Positions 29,603 through 40,869 of a stretch of 64,000 nt of DNA are shown in pieces (within the stretch, counting starts at the first letter, position 1; each line of letters opens with the position of its first letter). The stretch comes from a virus, in the IMG/VR virus record IMGVR_UViG_3300027969_002800, positions 52,994-116,993 of that record. The stretch is one strand, 5' to 3'. A program made the position numbers and the translations under genes. The notes under the pieces are model-generated. The model had not been told where the DNA came from. It did not search any database and saw only the letters and a list, made by a program, of their open reading frames with translations.

Positions 29603-30277
29603 TTATGCATTATAATAATTAGTTAAACTGTCTGCTACTAATTGCAGATTGTTTGGTATTTTAAGCTCTTGGAACATTCCATCAGGGCTTTTAGCTGGTA
29701 TCTTTCTATAACGATTAGTTATTAGTTGATAGTTAACTGTTCCATCTTTGTTCTCTTCTACACTAGTGTATAGACAAACAGTCAACAGTCCTTCAAGTAA
29801 GACTTGATTGTCAATTAATTTACCTGCTGTTTTGATTTTATATCCTATGATATCTTGTCCATCCATTATTTCTTCTGGATGTGTTAGATAGAACACAGTG
29901 ATATCATTTCTTAACTGTCTAGCAGTTCTAAATAGATCTACCATGTCTTTAGCCATAACACTAAATTTGGTAAATCCTGTCTCTGTAGCTTTACTCACCA
30001 TATTGAATCCCATAATATAATTAGAGTCTTCAATGATGATGTTCTTAACATGTGGAGCTTTTTCAGAAATAGTCTTTAATAAACGAGTGATCTCGTTAGC
30101 ATCATCTACTTCCTTGTAATTCTTCTTTTCTAGATTGTAAAGTTTCTCACTCCCTTTGAATGGAAGTTCTTTCTTTGCAACATTGATAATGTACGTTTCT
30201 TCTGGATTTAAATGCTTTATTGCTGTACTTTTTCCTGTACCAGTTGCACCTACAATCCCTACTAATTTACTTGCCAT
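29603..30277 (-). CDS. AAA ATPase (Sak4/AAA_24-like)
   Basis: GATGTGKST, IIIED, KTAGKLID, AKSP.GMF. Confidence 0.8.
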   Translation of the reverse strand: MASKLVGIVGATGTGKSTAIKHLNPEETYIINVAKKELPFKGSEKLYNLEKKNYKEVDDANEITRLLKTISEKAPHVKNIIIEDSNYIMGFNMVSKATETGFTKFSVMAKDMVDLFRTARQLRNDITVFYLTHPEEIMDGQDIIGYKIKTAGKLIDNQVLLEGLLTVCLYTSVEENKDGTVNYQLITNRYRKIPAKSPDGMFQELKIPNNLQLVADSLTNYYNA

Positions 30278-30338
30278 TGATTTTAATTTATTTAGTTATT
30301 TAATTTTCATTATATAAAGATAAGAATAATTTTTTTAA

Positions 30339-30890
30339 TTATATCTTTTTATTCCAAGGTATTTTACCAAATCTAGGATTTTTGTCTCCTTTTTTAGCTT
30401 CTGATATTCTTTGTTTATGTTCTTCAGATTTTTTAACACCTTTATTGGCTTGAGACATTTTTAATTTTGTTTCATCTGATAATTTTCTATCTTGTTTTGC
30501 TAAAGATAGCTTTAATCTGTGCTCTGGAGATAATTTCTTACCAGTTAAGGCTTTTTTGGTTTTCTCAATTGCTTCTACACTATTTCCAGCTTTATTTAAT
30601 GGATGTGTAGGTTTCATATTGTAGCCTTTATTATAGTTAAATGCATCTAACATATTACACCAATAATGCTCTTGTGAATATAAATATTCTTCATCACATT
30701 CTTCAAGAATTTCAAAATCAAATGATTTTTCACCATACTTATTAAAAGCACGTTGAAGATGTTCATTTATATGAATATTGTTTCTTAAAGTATATTTATG
30801 TTTGGAAATTCTATTTAAAAAATTAATAGTTTTTCCTACATAAAGTTTATTATTTACTTTATTGGTGATTGTGTAGATGCATGAAGTCAT
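30339..30890 (-). CDS. GIY-YIG homing endonuclease with NUMOD3 repeats
   Basis: CIYTITN..N.KLYVG....R...H; LQRAFNKYG; GYN; SEEHKQRISEAKKG. Confidence 0.9.
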   Translation of the reverse strand: MTSCIYTITNKVNNKLYVGKTINFLNRISKHKYTLRNNIHINEHLQRAFNKYGEKSFDFEILEECDEEYLYSQEHYWCNMLDAFNYNKGYNMKPTHPLNKAGNSVEAIEKTKKALTGKKLSPEHRLKLSLAKQDRKLSDETKLKMSQANKGVKKSEEHKQRISEAKKGDKNPRFGKIPWNKKI

Positions 30891-31966
30891 AAGTAAAATA
30901 TTTTATCTTTGTCAAACAGATCTAAGGCTCTTGAAAGCCATGTTAATTCGATAGGTTCTGTTGTACTAACAATACAAATATACGCTTTTTTTTCTAAATT
31001 ATCATAATCCATTGCCATACATCTAAATATTTTTTGTGTAAGATTTTCAGGATTTGAATCAAAAGAATTTATTATAACTCTATTTAACTTTGAAAATGTC
31101 ACTCCTGTATTACCAATCTTTACAACAGCTAAATGTTTTCCTTCTCCTTCAGCAAAGTCTTCAAAAATACTTTTTTCTTTAGACTTATTATGATAGGATG
31201 GAATACCAAGATTATCTGCAACAGCAGTGGTACCGCAGAATACTAAGACCCTCTCATTTTTATGTGCAGCCAAAAGTGCCTTTGTAGCTATAGATTTGGC
31301 TAGGGATGATTGAATCAAACGCATTCTAGCTAGACGTAAAAACATTGTATCTGTACCACTATTCTGTAGTTTGTTAATCACCCAGGATATGCCATCATAA
31401 TGCTTCTTCTCAGTCTTGAGCTTACCCTTGTAATCATTGTACACAGTGTTATCTAAAGGCACTCTTATTACATGTATTTCATAATCTACAATAACACCTT
31501 CTTCAATTGCTTTTTCAATTGGATATGTAGCTATTACATGTATGTCAAGTTCTTCTTCTAATGTTCGTTCTGTATCACTGGCTAATGTACCAGTGAGACC
31601 AAGAATCTGTTTGTTGTTATCAAACAAATCCTTACACACTTCTATCTGAGCTTCACTCAGTAGATGTATCTCATCTATAATAACAAGATCATACTTCTTA
31701 TCACTATATTTCTTTAGTGATAGGTGAGTTGTATATGTTACATTAGCATCGAGATATCCTCTATCAGCAAAATCAGCTTGCCAAGAGTCTTTAATCTTAT
31801 TATCTGGATAAGCAATAAGCACGCTCTTAAGTTTTGGTTTAAAATGTTCTAGTATATTAATACTAGTTCTTATCTTACCAAACCTAGGACATAAGTTTAA
31901 TATGCCATGCTTCTTTTTTAACCATACATCAGCAAATTCTCTTTGCCTTTTATCACGTATTGTCAT
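30887..31966 (-). CDS. Superfamily 2 helicase
   Basis: PRFGKI, IIDEIH, GLTGT. Confidence 0.85.
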   Translation of the reverse strand: MTIRDKRQREFADVWLKKKHGILNLCPRFGKIRTSINILEHFKPKLKSVLIAYPDNKIKDSWQADFADRGYLDANVTYTTHLSLKKYSDKKYDLVIIDEIHLLSEAQIEVCKDLFDNNKQILGLTGTLASDTERTLEEELDIHVIATYPIEKAIEEGVIVDYEIHVIRVPLDNTVYNDYKGKLKTEKKHYDGISWVINKLQNSGTDTMFLRLARMRLIQSSLAKSIATKALLAAHKNERVLVFCGTTAVADNLGIPSYHNKSKEKSIFEDFAEGEGKHLAVVKIGNTGVTFSKLNRVIINSFDSNPENLTQKIFRCMAMDYDNLEKKAYICIVSTTEPIELTWLSRALDLFDKDKIFYL

Positions 31967-33030
31967 TCTCTTAGGAAATATGATTTATTTGTTACGCTCT
32001 GATAGTCATCATCAGTGATGTCTTTTTTTCTAGGCAATTCCTTGAATAGGCCCAATTCACCCAAGAATGCAAGTCCTATTCTTAAATCGTCTGCACCATA
32101 GCTATTTTTAATAAGTCTAACACTTCTAAAATACTTAGCACCATATTCATCTTTTAGTTTATCTAAGTCATAACCACTAGGGTCTGCCACTTTGTATCTC
32201 ATAGGATCAAATAATGCCATAACAACATCAGCATCATTCTGTGTTGCTGAGCTGTCTGCAAAATCCTCTAGTTGAGGTTCTACATCACCATTCTTTATTC
32301 TAGAAGGATTAGAAATGTCACGATTGAACTGACTAACCACCACTGGTGAATATCCATAGAAATCTCTAGCATATCTAAGTTCATCAGACATCTTATCAAT
32401 AGCTTGTTTCTTTGTAGGTTGATCTTTAGTTAGCTTAAGCAAACCAATGTGATCTATTACCACCATAGTGATTTGACTTGGGTCATTAGGAATATATATT
32501 TTATTCCATTTATCCAATTGTTCTATTGTACCATTCTCTAGCGCATAATCTTTTAGCTCTTTTGCTATACCTACAGGATTTTCTGGTCCATCAATGATAG
32601 TAACAATTTCACACAGCTTATCTACATAATCTTTGTAATGTAAGAACAGATCATGTTCATCTTTAGTCAGCTTCTCAGTCCAACCAAGAAGCTTACCTAC
32701 AGGAATAATGATTCCCTGGTCTAGAAATATTTTACGAGATACCCATTTGGCAATCTTATAAGTTCTACTTCTCTCCATGGACCTATACCACACCTTCACT
32801 TTGATACCTGAAGCAATTCCTTCTTTAGACATAGCCCAATCAACAGGATTAAGAACAAATGCATCATCAATGAAAGATGTTTTACCACTACCAGTTAGAC
32901 CACCTACAAGATAATACATACTCTTACGAATACCTACATATCTAGTCAAGCGATCAAATCCCATAGGGATTCCTTTGTTGAGATCATTCATCCCTTTCTC
33001 AACTTCTGCATTTAATAGTTCAAAACTCAT
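31963..33030 (-). CDS. DnaB-like replicative helicase
   Basis: GLTGSGKTS, SME, IDHIGL, SQFNR, QNDADVV, IKN. Confidence 0.9.
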   Translation of the reverse strand: MSFELLNAEVEKGMNDLNKGIPMGFDRLTRYVGIRKSMYYLVGGLTGSGKTSFIDDAFVLNPVDWAMSKEGIASGIKVKVWYRSMERSRTYKIAKWVSRKIFLDQGIIIPVGKLLGWTEKLTKDEHDLFLHYKDYVDKLCEIVTIIDGPENPVGIAKELKDYALENGTIEQLDKWNKIYIPNDPSQITMVVIDHIGLLKLTKDQPTKKQAIDKMSDELRYARDFYGYSPVVVSQFNRDISNPSRIKNGDVEPQLEDFADSSATQNDADVVMALFDPMRYKVADPSGYDLDKLKDEYGAKYFRSVRLIKNSYGADDLRIGLAFLGELGLFKELPRKKDITDDDYQSVTNKSYFLRE

Positions 33031-33428
33031 GTTTTATGTTTTTAGATGGATATCTACTTATTCTTGACCTAGGATTTTCTTTCATTGCATGCTTTAATGA
33101 ATCATACTCAGTAAAAACTCCTTCTGGCTTATATCCACATTCATTTTCATAAATGTAAATATCTGGAGCATCTTTTAATTCTAATTCATTATATAGCTCA
33201 ACTGTTCTATCATCAAATGTAACTACTCTTTGTTTCATAATAGCTCTATTTCTTGTTTAACTTCTAACCAAAATGGTTTCATCACTTGATAACAGTGTTC
33301 TAATATCTCATCAACTGCTATTAATGCACAATTCTTAGCTCTTTGTAAACAATCTTCTTGTCCAAGTTTCCATTGAACATTAGGATAGAACTTCTGAATT
33401 AATTCTTTAGCCTTTTCTTTTGGTGTCA

Positions 33429-34058
33429 TTAGATATCTGTACCTCCTGTTGGTTTTAGTTTAGCTTCAGTGATTGTTCCACCATCTTTAATTAGTTCAAT
33501 GAAAGGCTCAAATGCTCTTTGATTCAGATATACAGAGGATCCTTGCATAAACTTAAGTCTATTGGCATTCTCTGTAATGGATGTTTCTTTCTTTTGATTC
33601 ACCTCGAAGTTGAGAGCAGCTATAAGTTGTTCAGCTGTATATTCTCCTTCTAAGAGTATTTTATCAAATTTCAATCTACAATCATCTTTATGTAATCTAA
33701 GTGCTCTAGTGCCCTTGAATGTCTTACCCTTGTGTTCAAATGAATCTGTACCTGGGTAAGTCTTCCACCACTCTTCAAAATCTGTTGTGGCAGGTCTTCT
33801 TCTTACAATCTTAGTGTTCATCTTAGTGTCCATAAACACTAACAAATCTCTACCTAGCACTGTGAGTTTCTCATCATCTTTTGTTATCAATGCCTTTCTT
33901 ATTAAAGACTGATAGACAGAAGCAATCTTCATACTCCCCTCACATAGAGGAGAGACATCATACTGTTCGTCTATCAGCTTCAGTAGAAATATAACATCAA
34001 GGTTGTGACCTCTTTTGATGAGCTCCTCGTATTGTTGAGGGCTTATTGTCAATTTCAT
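33429..34058 (-). CDS. Putative replication initiator/helicase loader-like protein
   Basis: FEEWWKTYP motif, upstream of DnaB. Confidence 0.5.
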   Translation of the reverse strand: MKLTISPQQYEELIKRGHNLDVIFLLKLIDEQYDVSPLCEGSMKIASVYQSLIRKALITKDDEKLTVLGRDLLVFMDTKMNTKIVRRRPATTDFEEWWKTYPGTDSFEHKGKTFKGTRALRLHKDDCRLKFDKILLEGEYTAEQLIAALNFEVNQKKETSITENANRLKFMQGSSVYLNQRAFEPFIELIKDGGTITEAKLKPTGGTDI

Positions 34059-34208
34059 GTTTTACTATTTTAATTTTTGCAGGTTTTCTTTTCTTATTCT
34101 CCTGTTCATCTTCCCATTTATGCCATGCTGCTTCAATCTCTTTTTGTCTCTCAACAGCATAGATTTCATCATTGGTGTATTCCCAATCTTGTAACAGCCA
34201 GTCCATAA

Positions 34209-34472
34209 TTATTTAGCTTTTCTAGGTCTCCCAATTTGCTTCTTAGCACCTGTTGTAGTTTTGATAACGTTAGCCTTAGGAGTTCTCTTTGTGTATTTTC
34301 TCTTTGGCTTAACTTCTAGCTCTACTACATCATCACTTTTGATTGGGTAATCATCATCGTTCTCCATTTTAATTGTAACTGTTAAGTCTCTAGATGATCT
34401 AAATAAACCTAATATCACTGCTGTAGCAACAGCAACAATTCCTGTAATAATAATAACTGAATTTGTTTCCAT
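34209..34472 (-). CDS. Membrane-anchored small protein with basic tail
   Basis: N-terminal hydrophobic helix; KPKRKYTKR and AT-hook-like GRPRK. Confidence 0.55.
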   Translation of the reverse strand: METNSVIIITGIVAVATAVILGLFRSSRDLTVTIKMENDDDYPIKSDDVVELEVKPKRKYTKRTPKANVIKTTTGAKKQIGRPRKAK

Positions 34473-34483
34473 GTTTTCTTTCT

Positions 34484-34744
34484 TTAATTGTTAATGATTT
34501 TTAATCCAAACTGTAGGTCAAACCATCCGAAGGTTGACTCAGCTTTACTTTTGTTAAACTTAAATATTTTTTTTAGTAATGGAATAGCATAACGCTTGAA
34601 TTCCTCATGTTGTTCTTCTGTCATGGTATTATTACTATACCACAATTCATCTTCTTTAATATCATCAACAGTCTTACCAACCATTTTTAATTGGTATTCT
34701 ATTAGATGATCCGTAATGTTTGTACGGTTTACTTTTGCTTTCAT
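34484..34744 (-). CDS. Hypothetical protein
   Basis: ATGA overlap with the polymerase gene. Confidence 0.6.
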   Translation of the reverse strand: MKAKVNRTNITDHLIEYQLKMVGKTVDDIKEDELWYSNNTMTEEQHEEFKRYAIPLLKKIFKFNKSKAESTFGWFDLQFGLKIINN

Positions 34745-36702
34745 TCAAATAAATTTAATTGGTTAGGTATGTACACTGTTTTGATTCTTCTGCCTTCATT
34801 GTTAATCTTGGTGACTAGTCTGTTTGCTTTCTCTATGTAATAATCATAGTTTACATTATCAGTTTTACTGCGTTTTGGTAAGTAATTACAAACTTTACAT
34901 ACCCATTCGCCTGCTTCTATCTGACTGATTGCAGCAGCTCTAGTTTGACATTCAGGATTCTTCACCTTAAATATCTTATCACCATCGTTTGATACATAGT
35001 AACGTATCAACTTGTTGTACACAGTAGTTTCTCCTGTAGTTCTATTCGTTCCTTCATAATGAAAACTTCTAGTTGCTTTCTGTCTTAAACAAAAATCATA
35101 TAGATTAGTATGATGTATAATCGTAGTATCCACAGGAGTGCCATAAACAAAATAACGCTCAAGAGCAATGGGAACAATTCTAGCTGACTTGTTCTTGTGC
35201 AATTCAAAATCAGTAAGGAAATCACCTTTTTTCTTAATCTCTCCATTTGTCATAATTGCTAAATAATCATTCACTGTACTAAAAATAATCTTGGAATAGT
35301 CAGTCCTCTCTAATTCATATTGTGTTAGGTCCATCCAGTCCTTGTTGATCTCATGCATCAAAGGAAGTAATTCTTTCTTAATCTTGATAGTTACACCATC
35401 TGTGTTGGCAGAAATCACATGTATATCATTTAACTCGTATTGTTCAATAAGCATCATCAATGATAGTTCACCAGTTATAGTGGTGAACATAGTGAGTTGC
35501 CTATCATATATCCAGTTTTGCATATCTGATGATTTACCATATACAGAGTTAACAGCAAGTTTAAGTGCTCCAACAATTCCTTTAATCTTCTTATTACTCT
35601 TAGCAAGAGGTTTAAGCTCTAATCTTTTATCAAACATCTGTTTGTATCCTCTAAGGAATTCTTTTCCTAAATGAGCAGGAAACTTACCGTTGTTGATAAT
35701 GATTGCTGGGTAATAAGAACTAACATCCCAATCGATTATCTCATAGTCTTCATCAGCTTCAAATATCTTAGGACTATTCTCTGTGTGAAGACCACCTTTC
35801 ATAAAAGAATATACATTTCCATAGAAATCTATATGCTCTTTGAAATCATCTTGCAGACCAAGCTGCATTTTCTTTATCTTAGTTAAGAATGTCTTAAGCT
35901 GTGGTGTTTGAAATTCAACATACCTAGCAATACAATTCTTAACATCAATTGTCTTTCTAAAATATCCCTTCTTAGGAAGCTCTGTATATTTTATACCTTT
36001 CTCTTGACAATAATACTTCTTAATCATCTCATCACCAATTTTACTATCAGAATAGTTTAGACAAGGGATACCAAACTCTTGTTCGATATCCTGTCTAAGC
36101 TCTATTTGATTGTTTCCTTTGTATAAGGGATGATCTGTATCACCAAGTGTTATCTTATAGAATTCATACGTAGCATCAACATCATTGTGACAATAGTCAA
36201 TAGTCATTGCTACCTCTTCTTTTGTCATATCAACCTTAGTGTGATGTATAGGCATCTCTTCTATATTCTCAAGATCCATCTCAAACTCTAGTCTTTTTAG
36301 ACTCACCATTCGATTCTTATTATCGTAGTGGTGTATCTTGAACAGATCTAATTGTTTGAGGCTTAATTCATGCTCTCTGTACTCAGGAAACACATCATAA
36401 TTAGCATCATGTATAACATCAGCAGCCTTCTGTGCTATTCTTGCACATATTTCTAGGTTTGTTAACTCATGCCAATTCTCATAGTTTCTCAAGATCCATT
36501 CAACCACTTGACTATCGAAGCGTAGATTATTATATCCCACCCAATAAGCATCACTATTAGCTTCTGTATATCTAACGAAAGCATCAAGTTGATTCTTCCA
36601 TTTAGATACTTGAAAGCTTTTACCAGCTTTACCAGGCACCATACAAACAACACAAAACAGTTCTTGCATTGTCTCTATGTCGAAAATGATTACTTCTTTC
36701 AT
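34741..36702 (-). CDS. DNA polymerase family B
   Basis: Exo FDIET, GYNNLRFD, YCHND; pol DVSSYYP, K...NSVYGK, NTDG, KKKG. Confidence 0.93.
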   Translation of the reverse strand: MKEVIIFDIETMQELFCVVCMVPGKAGKSFQVSKWKNQLDAFVRYTEANSDAYWVGYNNLRFDSQVVEWILRNYENWHELTNLEICARIAQKAADVIHDANYDVFPEYREHELSLKQLDLFKIHHYDNKNRMVSLKRLEFEMDLENIEEMPIHHTKVDMTKEEVAMTIDYCHNDVDATYEFYKITLGDTDHPLYKGNNQIELRQDIEQEFGIPCLNYSDSKIGDEMIKKYYCQEKGIKYTELPKKGYFRKTIDVKNCIARYVEFQTPQLKTFLTKIKKMQLGLQDDFKEHIDFYGNVYSFMKGGLHTENSPKIFEADEDYEIIDWDVSSYYPAIIINNGKFPAHLGKEFLRGYKQMFDKRLELKPLAKSNKKIKGIVGALKLAVNSVYGKSSDMQNWIYDRQLTMFTTITGELSLMMLIEQYELNDIHVISANTDGVTIKIKKELLPLMHEINKDWMDLTQYELERTDYSKIIFSTVNDYLAIMTNGEIKKKGDFLTDFELHKNKSARIVPIALERYFVYGTPVDTTIIHHTNLYDFCLRQKATRSFHYEGTNRTTGETTVYNKLIRYYVSNDGDKIFKVKNPECQTRAAAISQIEAGEWVCKVCNYLPKRSKTDNVNYDYYIEKANRLVTKINNEGRRIKTVYIPNQLNLFE

Positions 36703-36893
36703 AGTTTTGTTTTTTTATGATCTGTCCAATCTAACCAAAATCCTATAGCTACAATAATGTTCATACTAAATGATGCTAATATTTCTACTATGTCCTTATA
36801 TACATTAATAGAAAGATGGATATGTCCTACTACCCAGAAGGGCATAGCAAGATTATTTGATATCCATCTAACTAAATAATTTATAAATTTCAT
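36699..36893 (-). CDS. Small membrane protein
   Basis: Two hydrophobic segments; TATCTTTG ends 6 nt before the ATG. Confidence 0.5.
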   Translation of the reverse strand: MKFINYLVRWISNNLAMPFWVVGHIHLSINVYKDIVEILASFSMNIIVAIGFWLDWTDHKKTKL

Positions 36894-36917
36894 AGCCTAC
36901 AAAGATAATGAAAAATA

Positions 36918-37364
36918 TTAGTTATTATAATAATATCTTACGTGATCAGAATATATTACCACTCTACTTGGTATACCATTGAATGATATATTAGTTGGAG
37001 GAACTTCAATACCTATTTCTGCAGGCTGTTGTTTAATCTCAGACTTCTCTACAATCTCTTCACATATCTCTTTTAATATTACTTCTGATTTACTATCAGT
37101 TACATCTAATAGAGAACCTGGCATAAGATCAAAGTCTATTGATTGTTGTACAATAGTTGGTCTAAGTTTTGTTTTCTTAGTTGGTCCATTCCAAGTGTTA
37201 GTAATCTTTCTAGTGTTTCTAGCTAATGCTACAGCTTTGCTATAAATACCTGATGATGGTCTTTCCCATTCTATAGCTAAATCTTCTGCTATAATAGGAA
37301 GAGGTTTACCTGTTCTAATTTGTTGTTTAATCTCATTTACTTGCTTCGGTGTGTAATGTTTCAT
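36918..37364 (-). CDS. Hypothetical protein with HTH-like N-terminus
   Basis: YT..Q...IK......IAE.L....R....I pattern. Confidence 0.5.
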   Translation of the reverse strand: MKHYTPKQVNEIKQQIRTGKPLPIIAEDLAIEWERPSSGIYSKAVALARNTRKITNTWNGPTKKTKLRPTIVQQSIDFDLMPGSLLDVTDSKSEVILKEICEEIVEKSEIKQQPAEIGIEVPPTNISFNGIPSRVVIYSDHVRYYYNN

Positions 37365-37611
37365 ACTGGTTTTAATTTACGGTTTATAAATTCTCTTACA
37401 ATCATTCTATTCTTATGTGGTAACTCTCTAGTCTCAAACTCAACTTGTATGATGTTCTCATACACTTTTCTTGATATCATGTATTTAACACCATTCTTGT
37501 GAGTTGGATCATTTGATTCTAATGTAGCAGCTGTATTCTTTAGCTTGTTAGCTATTGATTCAGCTATCTTTCTTTCTTTTGTATGCTTATCTGATGATAA
37601 TATATTCATAT

Positions 37612-38064
37612 TTATTCTTCTTCTAATCCATCATTTAATGTTTCATCCCAATCATCATCTGATTCAGGAACTCTTAATATCACTCTATCTTCAAATAATA
37701 TAACACCTGGATGTTCAGTTTCATCACTTATCTCTATATCTATATATCCATCACACTCTCGTAATATGAAATTGATATCATCTAATGATACTTCTCTAAG
37801 TTCATCTGTGTGTTGTCCTTCATCCCACCAACCAAGTTCTTCTTCAGTTGCTAATAGTTCTTCATCATCATCTATGATGAATAGTTCAACAGGCGCACCA
37901 TTAGCAGCCATAAATGCATCAGCATCTTCAGGAACTTCTTCTAGTGCCCATAGTTCTACATATGGCTCCATTATGCCAACAGATATTCTGTTGACAAAGA
38001 GCATACCCTCCTCTAATGTAAAAGGAAGGTAACTCTTTAATACTATTTCTCCTGTATACCACAT
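37612..38064 (-). CDS. Acidic hypothetical protein
   Basis: ORF in operon. Confidence 0.6.
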   Translation of the reverse strand: MWYTGEIVLKSYLPFTLEEGMLFVNRISVGIMEPYVELWALEEVPEDADAFMAANGAPVELFIIDDDEELLATEEELGWWDEGQHTDELREVSLDDINFILRECDGYIDIEISDETEHPGVILFEDRVILRVPESDDDWDETLNDGLEEE

Positions 38065-38361
38065 TAGAACCCTGTTTTAATTGGTTGTGGTGATATTTCA
38101 TATGTACATTCTTGACTATATAGTCTTAGAATGATGTGAAGCTGTTCTATTCTTAAATAGTTTTCTTCTTCATCTAATGCTAGTCCTTTTATCTGTACGC
38201 CATTACCATTATCAATTAGTTCAATAGCTTTTGTTCCTACAAGACTACTGTTCCATTCAAGGTGATCACTGTAATATAATGTGTGTATCATTGAGCCTTC
38301 TGTGTTTGTTTTTAGATAGTCATACTCATGTATACCATCTATGTAAATCTCTTCCATGTTA

Positions 38362-38775
38362 TTAGGGGGTTTTAATTATTTCTATTAATTTTTTAAGACA
38401 TTCAAGTTCTGCTTCTTCGTAGGTATAGTTTTTGCGTTCAGACTCAAAATCATCTAAATTATAATCTTGAATTACAATTTCAAATCTGTAACTAATTACT
38501 TCACCTGATGAATCGCAATAAGGTATTATTAAAGAATGCTCATTATACTTCTCTCTAAACCATCTAAATGCTTGTTGGCATAATGGTGCTGAACATATAA
38601 TATCTTCTGTTTGGTTTGTGATTAAACCATCAGTATCAAAAAGCAAAGCTCCACAGCCATATAAAGTTGGTATTCTTTCTTTTGTTTTATAAGTCCAAGA
38701 TGATAAACAAGGTTCATCAAATCCTAATTCTTTTAAAGCCAATGCTTGTTCGTAGGGAATAAACTCTTTTTCCAT
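38362..38775 (-). CDS. Hypothetical phage protein
   Basis: EFIPYEQALALKELGFDEPC...QAFRWFREKY...YEEAE..CL. Confidence 0.7.
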   Translation of the reverse strand: MEKEFIPYEQALALKELGFDEPCLSSWTYKTKERIPTLYGCGALLFDTDGLITNQTEDIICSAPLCQQAFRWFREKYNEHSLIIPYCDSSGEVISYRFEIVIQDYNLDDFESERKNYTYEEAELECLKKLIEIIKTP

Positions 38776-39706
38776 AGCTAATATCCTGCTAGTTTTGCCA
38801 TTAATCCATCTTGACTTAATATATAAGCAAGATCATCTTCTTGTTTTGGTGTAAGAGATTTAATAGCAGAAACAAGATTGATTCTACTATATGTTATATC
38901 TTCTCCATACATCTTCTTTACATTCTCTCCTATTTCTAAGAGCTCTGATACATTAAAATTGTCTACAGGATTGTTATTATCATCAACCCATCTTCCGTTA
39001 ATAATACGCATAATTATTAATTTAATTGGTTATCTATTACTTTCTCTATTATTTCATTGTATACATCATCACTAAGTAAATCAGTGATAACTATTCCTTC
39101 TAACTTAACTGATGTTATTTCAAACTCAGCAGAACATCCTGGATGTCCAGATCCATCTGGATAATACATAACCATTGGTTCTGGTGGAGAATAATACCCA
39201 TGTACATCTAAACGTACATCATATACATTTACTTCTGTTTCTATTTCTTTCATATCTTATTTCTTTTTAAATTGTTTAATAAATTGTTTAATAACATCTA
39301 TTGATGATTCAAAAGCTATTAAACTACCTTCTACTAAATGAATACTCATTTTATCTTGATTCTTTTCGATATTTTCTCTTATAATTCCTATTTCTGAAAT
39401 AATATCATTTAAAAAAGACTTAACTTTTTTCTCACTATAACTTCTTTCTTGTTGCCATTTAGCACCTGCAATAAAAGAATTTCTTATGTCATAATTTTTA
39501 TCATACCAATCCATATAATCATTTGTTTCTATAATTGGATATAATCTTTCAGCAACTTCTTCAAAAACTTTATCTTTTTGTAATTCTAAAGGCAGTTCTG
39601 ATAATTTAATTACGGATTTTGTTATTTTTTTCATCTTATTTGTTTTTAAATTGTTTAATAAATTGTTCAAGGTTTTTTCCATTATTAGATTCACAGTTTA
39701 TTCCAG

Positions 39707-40372
39707 CTATACTTGTTTTCCAAAATATTCTTTTGGAACTTTAAAAGCATTTAATGAATATTCAATAGCATCTTGTTTAAATTCTTCTTTTAGTTTGCTT
39801 TCCCAATATTTACAATTAGCGTAAAAGTAATTATCAAAATCTCCATCTTCTGAATATTCTAAACAATCATTATCAAATTTTTCAAGTAATTCTTTAGAAG
39901 CAATTTTTCTAAATTCTTCAAAACTTAATGGTTCTTCTTTTGGAATGATGATTTTGTATTCAGACCAATTTCTAATAGGTTTACCAGTAACAGTGTCTAT
40001 AAAAGTTCTTTTAACCTCAACCTCCTCACAACTTGGATTCTTAACAAACCATTCTAAAAATTCATCATCAATAGCTTTTACACCATCTTTGATTAAGTCT
40101 TGGTATGTTGTTAGAATTATTTTTTTGCAACTTGGAGCATCATTAGCTAATTCAAACATTTCTCCATTAGAAATGGTATTGTTATCAACATTTAGCCAAT
40201 AATCATTAAGTTTAATTTCTTCATCATTAGTGATGTATATGTGTTGCGGAGTAATAGAGGCTACTCTATTATCATACATTCCAGCTTCTTTTTTACATAA
40301 GGCTAGTCCTGTTCTAATAGATTTAGACAACCTACTTAGTTTATCTGTTGATAATACGTGTATGTTTTTCAT
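39707..40372 (-). CDS. Hypothetical phage protein
   Basis: MKNIHVL.TDK.SRL...KIILTT..DLIKDGV..IDDEFLEWFVKNPSCE. Confidence 0.7.
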   Translation of the reverse strand: MKNIHVLSTDKLSRLSKSIRTGLALCKKEAGMYDNRVASITPQHIYITNDEEIKLNDYWLNVDNNTISNGEMFELANDAPSCKKIILTTYQDLIKDGVKAIDDEFLEWFVKNPSCEEVEVKRTFIDTVTGKPIRNWSEYKIIIPKEEPLSFEEFRKIASKELLEKFDNDCLEYSEDGDFDNYFYANCKYWESKLKEEFKQDAIEYSLNAFKVPKEYFGKQV

Positions 40373-40494
40373 ATTATAATGTGTTTTTATAGTTAAATTG
40401 TAAGTTTTAAACTGACTAGAGTGATATAAATCATAATATAATGTGATTTATAAAAGAATAAGGGCTCCACTACAGAGCCCTTGAATTCTCCTCC

Positions 40495-40641
40495 CTAATA
40501 ACCCAACTTATGCAGTTGGTCTATGTTGGCTTCTACAATATACACACCATGTGTTATTGTACATGAGAATGCTATACACATAGCAAACGCTAATTGTCTG
40601 AATTGCCAAAACTCTGTTGGCTGTAATCTAATTGTCTTCAT
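40495..40641 (-). CDS. Small hypothetical protein, 48 aa, not in ORF track
   Basis: MKTIRLQPTEFWQFRQLAF...LHKLGY; followed by hairpin AAGGGCTC/GAGCCCTT at 40460-40482. Confidence 0.5.
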   Translation of the reverse strand: MKTIRLQPTEFWQFRQLAFAMCIAFSCTITHGVYIVEANIDQLHKLGY

Positions 40642-40674
40642 TTCTATTGTTATTAAGGATTAATACATAATAAG

Positions 40675-40702
40675 AAAAGCCCCTAGTTTCCTAGAGGCTT
40701 TA
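40675..40702 (-). terminator. Intrinsic terminator closing the ncRNA cluster
   Basis: AAAGCCTCTAG-GAAA-CTAGGGGCTTTT on the minus strand. Confidence 0.8.
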
Positions 40703-40869
40703 ATAGGACCTTCTCCCTTGAGAGATGTCAATTGTTGAGGTTAGGAACTTTGGATACCCTGCTTCTCTATGAGTACTCAACACCTTCTCTGCGTGGATAG
40801 GACTCAACATTCGTGGCATGCAAACTACCCAATGTCTGTTACTGTGCTATTTGCGTCAAGTAACTGCTG

